A stretch of 64,000 nt of DNA, taken from Eledone cirrhosa. Its lineage: Eukaryota. Every line of letters begins with the position of its first letter. The first letter of the stretch is position 1. The DNA is taken from NCBI GenBank assembly GCA_964016885.1, contig OZ024743.1, positions 136,524,001 to 136,588,000 on the forward strand, given 5' to 3'. Below are positions 59,001-64,000 of the stretch, one piece after another. The notes below the pieces were generated by a model, which saw only the letters and a list, made by a program, of their open reading frames with translations, was not told the DNA's origin and searched no databases. The position numbers and the translations under genes were made by a program.

Positions 59001-62000
59001 CTTGGTGCTTGGTGTTTGGTGTTTGGTGCTTGGTGCTTGGTGCTTGGTATCTGGTGTTTGGTGCTTGATGTTTGGTGTTTGGTGCTTGGTGTTTGGTGTT
59101 TGGTGCTTGGTGCTTGGTGTTTGGTGCTTGGTGCTTGGTGTTTTGTGTTTGGTGCTTGGTGCTTGGTGCCTGGTGCTTGGTGCTTGGTGCTTGTTGTTTG
59201 GTGCTTGGTGCTTGGTGATTAGTGTTTGGTGCTTGGTGCTTGCGGTTTGGTGTTTGGTGCTTGGGGTTTGGTGCTTGGTGCTTGGTGCTTGGTGTTTGGT
59301 GCTTGGTGCTTGGTGTTTGGTGCTTGGTGCCTGGTGTTTGGTGTTTGGCGTTTGCTGTTTGCTGTTTGCTGTTTGGTGCTTGCTGTTTGGTGCTTGGTGC
59401 ATGGTGTTTGGTGTTTGGTGTTTTGTGCTTGGTGCTTGGTGTTTGGTGCTTGGTGCTTGGTGCTGGGTGTTTGGTGCTTGGTGCTTGGTGTTTGGTGCTT
59501 GGTGCTTGGTGCTTGGTGTTTGGTCCTTGGTGCTTGGTGCTTGGTATTTGGGGCTTGGGTTTTGGTGTTTGGTGCTTGGTGCTTGGTGTTTGGTGCTTGG
59601 TTCTTGGTGCTTGGTGCTTGGTGTTTGGTGATTGCTGCTTGGTGCTTGGTGTTTGGTACTTGGTGCTTGGTAATTAGTGTTTGGTGATTGGTGCTTGGGG
59701 TTTGCTGTTTGGTGCTTGGTGTTTGGTGCTTGGTGCTTGCTGTTAGGTGTTTGGTGTTTGGTTCTTGGTGCTTGGTGTTTGGTGTTTGGTGTCTGGTGCT
59801 TGGTGCTTGCTGCTTGGTGTTTGGTGCTTGGTGCTTGGTGCTTGGTGTTTGGTGCTGCGTGCTTGGTGTTTGGTGTTTGGTGCTTGGTGCCTGGTGCTTG
59901 TTGTTTGGTGTTTGGTGCTTAGTGCTTGGTGTTTGGTGTTTGGTGCTTGGTGCTTGGTGGCTGGTGCTTGGTGCTTGGTGTTTGGAGTTTGGTGCTTGGT
60001 GCTTGGTGCCTGGTGTTTCGTGCTTGGTGCTTGGTGCTTGGTGTTTGGTGTTTGGTGATTGGTGTTTGGTGTTTGGTGCTGGGTGCATGGAGTTTGGTGC
60101 TTGGTGCTTAGTGCTTGGTGTTTGGTGTTTGGTGCTTGGTATTTGATGCTTGGTGTGTGGTGCTTGGTGCTTGGTGTTTTGGGTTTGGTGCTTGGTGCTT
60201 GGTGCCTGGTGCTTGGTGCTTGGTGCTTGTTGTTTGGTGCTTGGTGCTTGATGATTAGTGTTTGGTGCTTGGTGCTTGGTGTTTGGTGCTTGGTGTTTGG
60301 TGCTTGGTGCCTGGTGCTTGGTGTTTGGTGTTTGGTGCTTGGTGTTTGGTGCTTGGTGTTTGGTACTTGGTGTTCGGTGCTTGGTGCTTGGTGCTTGGTG
60401 TTTGATGTTTGGTCCGTGGTGCTTGGTGTTTGGTGTTGTGTGCTTGGTGCTTGGTGCTTGCTGTTTGGTTTTTGGTGCTTGGTGTTTGGTGTTTGCTGTT
60501 TGGTGTTTGCTGTTTGGTGTTTGGTGTTTGGTGCTTGCTGTTTGGTGCTTGGTGCTTGTTGTTTGGTGCTTGGTGCTTGGTGATAAGTGTTTGGTGCTTG
60601 GTGCTTGCGGTTTGGTGTTTGGTGCTTGGGGTTTGGTGTTTGGTGCTTGGTGCTTGGTGTTTGGTGCTTGGTGCTTGGTGCTTGGTGTTTGGTGTTTGGT
60701 GCTTGGTGTTTGGTGCTTGGTGCTTGGTGTTTGGTGTTTGGCGTTTGCTGTTTGGTGTTTGGTGTTTGGTGCTTGCTGTTTGGTGCTTGGTGCTTGGTGT
60801 TTGGTGTTTGGTGTTTGGTGCTTGGTGCTTGGTGTTTGGTGCTTGGTGCTTGGTGCTGGGTGTTTGGTGCTTGGTGCTTGGTGTTTGGTCCTTGGTGCTT
60901 GGTGTTTGGTGCTTGGTTCTTGGTGCTTGGTGCGTGGTGTTTGGTGATTGCTGCTTGGTGCTTGGTGTTTGGTGCTTGGTGCTTGGTGATTAGTGTTTGG
61001 TGATTGGTGCTTGGTGTTTGGTGTTTGGTGCTTTGTGCTTGGTGCTTGGTATCTGGTGTTTGGTGCTTGATGTTTGGTGTTTGGTGCTTGGTGTTTGGTG
61101 TTTGGTGCTTGGTGCTTGGTGTTTGGTGCTTGGTGCTTGCTGTTTGGTGTTTGGTGTTTGGTTCTTGGTGCTTGGTGTTTGGTGTTTGGTGTCTGGTGCT
61201 TGGTGCTTGGTGCTTGGTGTTTGGTGCTTGGTGCTTGGTGCTTGGTGTTTGGTGCTGCGTGCTTGGTGTTTGGTGTTTGGTGCTTGGTGCCTGGTGCTTG
61301 TTGTTTGGTGTTTGGTGCTTGGTGCTTGGTGTTTGGTGTTTGGTGCTGGGTGCATGGAGTTTGGTGCTTGGTGCTTGTGCTTGGTGTTTGGTGTTTGGTG
61401 CTTGGTATTTGGTGTTTGGTGTTTGATGCTTGGTGTGTGGTGCTTGGTGCTTGGTGTTTTGTGTTTGGTGCTTGGTGCTTGGTGCCTGGTGCTTGGTTCT
61501 TGGTGCTTGTTGTTTGGTGCTTGGTGCTTGGTGATTAGTGTTTGGTGTTTGATGCTTGGTGTTTGGTGTTTGGTGTTTGGTACTTGGTGTTCGGTGCTTG
61601 GTGCTTGGTGCTTGGTGCTTGGTGTTTGGTGTTTGGTGCTTGGTGCTTGGTGTTTGATGTTTGGTCCTTGGTGCTTGGTGTTTGGTGTTGTGTGCTTGGT
61701 GCTTGGTGCTTGATGTTTGGTGCTTGGTGCTTGGTGCTTGGTGTTTGGCGTTTGCTGTTTGCTGTTTGGTGTTTGGTGTTTGGTGTTTGGTGTTTGCTGT
61801 TTGGTGTTTGGTGTTTGGTGCTTGCTGTTTGGTGCTTGGTGCTTGGTGTTTGGTGTTAGGTGCTTGGTGTTTGGTGCTTGGTGCTTGGTGCTGAGTGTTT
61901 GGTGCTTGGTGCTTGGTGTTTGGTGCTTGGTGATTGGTGCTTGGTGTTTGGTCCTTGGTGCTTGGTGCTTGGTCTTTGGTGCTTGGGTTTTGGTGTTTGG

Positions 62001-64000
62001 TGCTTGGTGCTTGGTGTTTGGTGTTTGGTGCTAGGTGCTTGGTGCTTGGTGTTTGGTGCTTGCTGCTTGGTGCTTGGTGTTTGGTGTTTGGTGCTTGGTG
62101 ATTAGTGTTTGGTGATTGGTGCTTGGGGTTTGGTGTTTGGGGCTTGGTGTTTGGTGCTTAGTGCTTGCTGTTTGGTGTTTGGTGTTTGGTTCTTGGTGCT
62201 TGGTGTTTGGTGTTTGGTGTTTGGTGCTTGGTGCTTGGTGCTTGGTGTTTGGTGCTTGGTGCTTGGTGTTTGGTGCTTGGTGCCTGGTGCTTGTTGTTTG
62301 GTGTTTGGTGCTTAGTGCTTGGTGTTTGGTGTTTGGTGCTTGGTGCTTGGTGGCTGGTGTTTGGTGCTTGGTGTTTGGAGTTTGGTGCTTGGTGCTTGGT
62401 GCCTGGTGTTTCGTGCTTGGTGCTTGGTGCTTGGTGTTTGGTGTTTGGTGCTTGGTGTTTGGTGTTTGGTACTTGGTGCTTGGTGCTTGGTGCTTGGTGT
62501 TTGGTGCTTGGTGTTTGATGCTGCGTGCTTGGTGTTTGGTGTTTGGTGCTTGGTGCTTGGTGTTTGGTGTTTGGAGCTTGGTGCCTGGTGCTTGTTGCTT
62601 GGTGTTTGGCGCTTGGTGCTTGGTTCCTGGTGTTTCGTGCTTGGTGCTTGGTGCTTGGTGTTTGGTGTTTGGTGCTTGGTGTTTGGTGTTTGGTACTTGG
62701 TGCTTGGTGCTTGGTGCTTGGTGTTTGGTGCTTGGTGTTTGATGCTGCGTGCTTGGTGTTTGGTGTTTGGTGCTTGGTGCTTGGTGTTTGGTGTTTGGAG
62801 CTTGGTGCCTGGTGCTTGTTGCTTGGTGTTTGGCGCTTGGTGCTTGGTGTTTGCTGTTTGGTGCTTGGTGCTTGGTGCTTGGTATCTGGTGTTTGGTGCT
62901 TGATGTTTGGTGTTTGGTGCTTGGTGTTTGGTGTTTGGTGCTTGGTGCTTGGTGTTTGGTGCTTGGTGCTTGGTGTTTTGTGTTTGGTGCTTGGTGCTTG
63001 GTGCTTGTTGTTTGGTGCTTGGTGCTTGGTGATTAGTGTTTGGTGCTTGGTGCTTGCGGTTTGGTGTTTGGTGCTTGGGGTTTGGTGCTTGGTGCTTGGT
63101 GCTTGGTGTTTGGTGCTTGGTGCTTGGTGTTTGGTGCTTGGTGCCTGGTGTTTGGTGTTTGGCGTTTGCTGTTTGCTGTTTGGTGTTTGGTGCTTGCTGT
63201 TTGGTGCTTGGTGCATGGTGTTTGGTGTTTGGTGTTTTGTGCTTGGTGCTTGGTGTTTGGTGCTTGGTGCTTGGTGCTGGGTGTTTGGTGCTTGGTGCTT
63301 GGTGTTTGGTGCTTGGTGCTTGGTGCTTGGTGTTTGGTCCTTGGTGCTTGGTACTTGGTATTTGGTGCTTGGGTTTTGGTGTTTGGTGCTTGGTGCTTGG
63401 TGTTTGGTGCTTGGTCTTGGTGCTTGGTGCTTGGTGTTTGGTGATTGCTGCTTGGTGCTTGGTGTTTGGTACTTGGTGCTTGGTGATTAGTGTTTGGTGA
63501 TTGGTGCTTGGGGTTTGCTGTTTGGTGCTTGGTGTTTGGTGCTTGGTGCTTGCTGTTAGGTGTTTGGTGTTTGGTTCTTGGTGCTTGGTGTTTGGTGTTT
63601 GGTGTCTGGTGCTTGGTGCTTGGTGCTTGGTGTTTGGTGCTTGGTGCTTGGTGCTTGGTGTTTGGTGCTGCGTGCTTGGTGTTTGGTGTTTGGTGCTTGG
63701 TGCCTGGTGCTTGTTGTTTAGTGTTTGGTGCTTAGTGCTTGGTGTTTGGTGTTTGGTGCTTGGTGCTTGGTGGCTGGTGCTTGGTGCTTGGTGTTTGGAG
63801 TTTGGTGCTTGGTGCTTGGTGCCTGGTGTTTCGTGCTTGGTGCTTGGTGCTTGGTGTTTGGTGTTTGGGGATTGGTGTTTGGTGTTTGGTGCTGGGTGCA
63901 TGGAGTTTGGTGCTTGGTGCTTAGTGCTTGGTGTTTTGTGTTTGGTGCTTGGTATTTGATGCTTGGTGTGTGGTGCTTGGTGCTTGGTGTTTTGTGTTTG
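53590..64000 (+). repeat. ~4.0-kb higher-order repeat, two full copies plus a more diverged partial third
   Basis: Offsets 4066 (53613/57679, 54271/58337), 4010 (55209/59219, 56049/60059) and 3982 (57008/60990). Third copy at 3772-3813 (58337/62109, 59688/63501). Shared private variants GGTAATT (55659/59669) and GGTGATA AGTG (56569/60579). Confidence 0.87.

Larger units (their letters stand above)
1..64000 (+). repeat. Heptameric tandem satellite array, consensus GGTG(C/T)TT, G/T-rich on + strand, extends beyond both window edges
   Basis: Every line parses into 7-mers GGTGCTT or GGTGTTT, interspersed with 1-3 nt variants (GGTGATT, AGTGTTT, GCTGTTT, GATGTTT, GGTCCTT, GGTGCCT, GGTACTT, GGAGCTT, etc.). 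No inversion or unrelated insert was seen. A is almost absent from the + strand. Confidence 0.99.

Noticed and set aside
2-63959. Hundreds of + strand ORFs encoding LVLGAWC-type Cys/Trp-rich hydrophobic repeats
   Set aside because: The same peptide appears in all three overlapping frames, starts are GTG/TTG from the repeat itself, and stops come from sporadic variant monomers. There is no unique domain, RBS or codon-position bias.
1-64000. CRISPR array or other repeat-spacer system
   Set aside because: There are no unique spacers and no 23-50-bp constant repeat, leader or cas genes. The intervals between landmarks are made of the same heptamer.
1-64000. Canonical telomerase-synthesised telomere tract (TTAGGG/TTTAGGG/TG1-3)
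   Set aside because: The monomer lacks the GGG/TTAG core. Multi-kb blocks with identical rare variants indicate copying by recombination or replication, not de novo templated addition. A non-canonical or subtelomeric role remains open.
1-64000. Pure sequencing or basecalling artefact, or simulated low-complexity sequence
   Set aside because: Rare variants and indels recur at consistent offsets with nested shared and private patterns and an exact modulo-7 accounting, which random error would not give. The copy number of individual blocks could still be mis-assembled.
1-64000. Embedded transposon, tRNA/rRNA fragment, inversion or terminator hairpin
   Set aside because: No segment departs from the heptamer register for more than a few bases, no A/C-rich (inverted) tract occurs on the + strand, and base composition precludes stable stems.

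Overview
The whole 64-kb window is one uninterrupted, single-orientation tandem satellite array of a 7-bp monomer, GGTG(C/T)TT (reverse complement AA(G/A)CACC), about 9,100 monomers by length. It runs off both ends. I found no unique sequence, genes, RNA genes, transposon or CRISPR spacers. All ORFs in the track follow from the 7-bp period: 3 monomers = 21 nt = 7 aa, giving LVLGAWC on + and TKHQAPS on - in every frame. The informative content is the order of monomer variants. The C/T pattern and rare variant monomers are copied faithfully in nested higher-order blocks of about 77, 180-250, 1,720, 2,490, 2,860-2,920, 4,000, 7,300, 7,500 and 10,700 bp. Nearly all length differences between copies are exact multiples of 7, and several duplication junctions can be placed to within a few monomers. 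The source organism and function cannot be determined from the sequence. Eukaryotic heterochromatic, centromeric or (sub)telomeric satellite is the default reading. A pure array of this size would be extraordinary in a prokaryote or virus.
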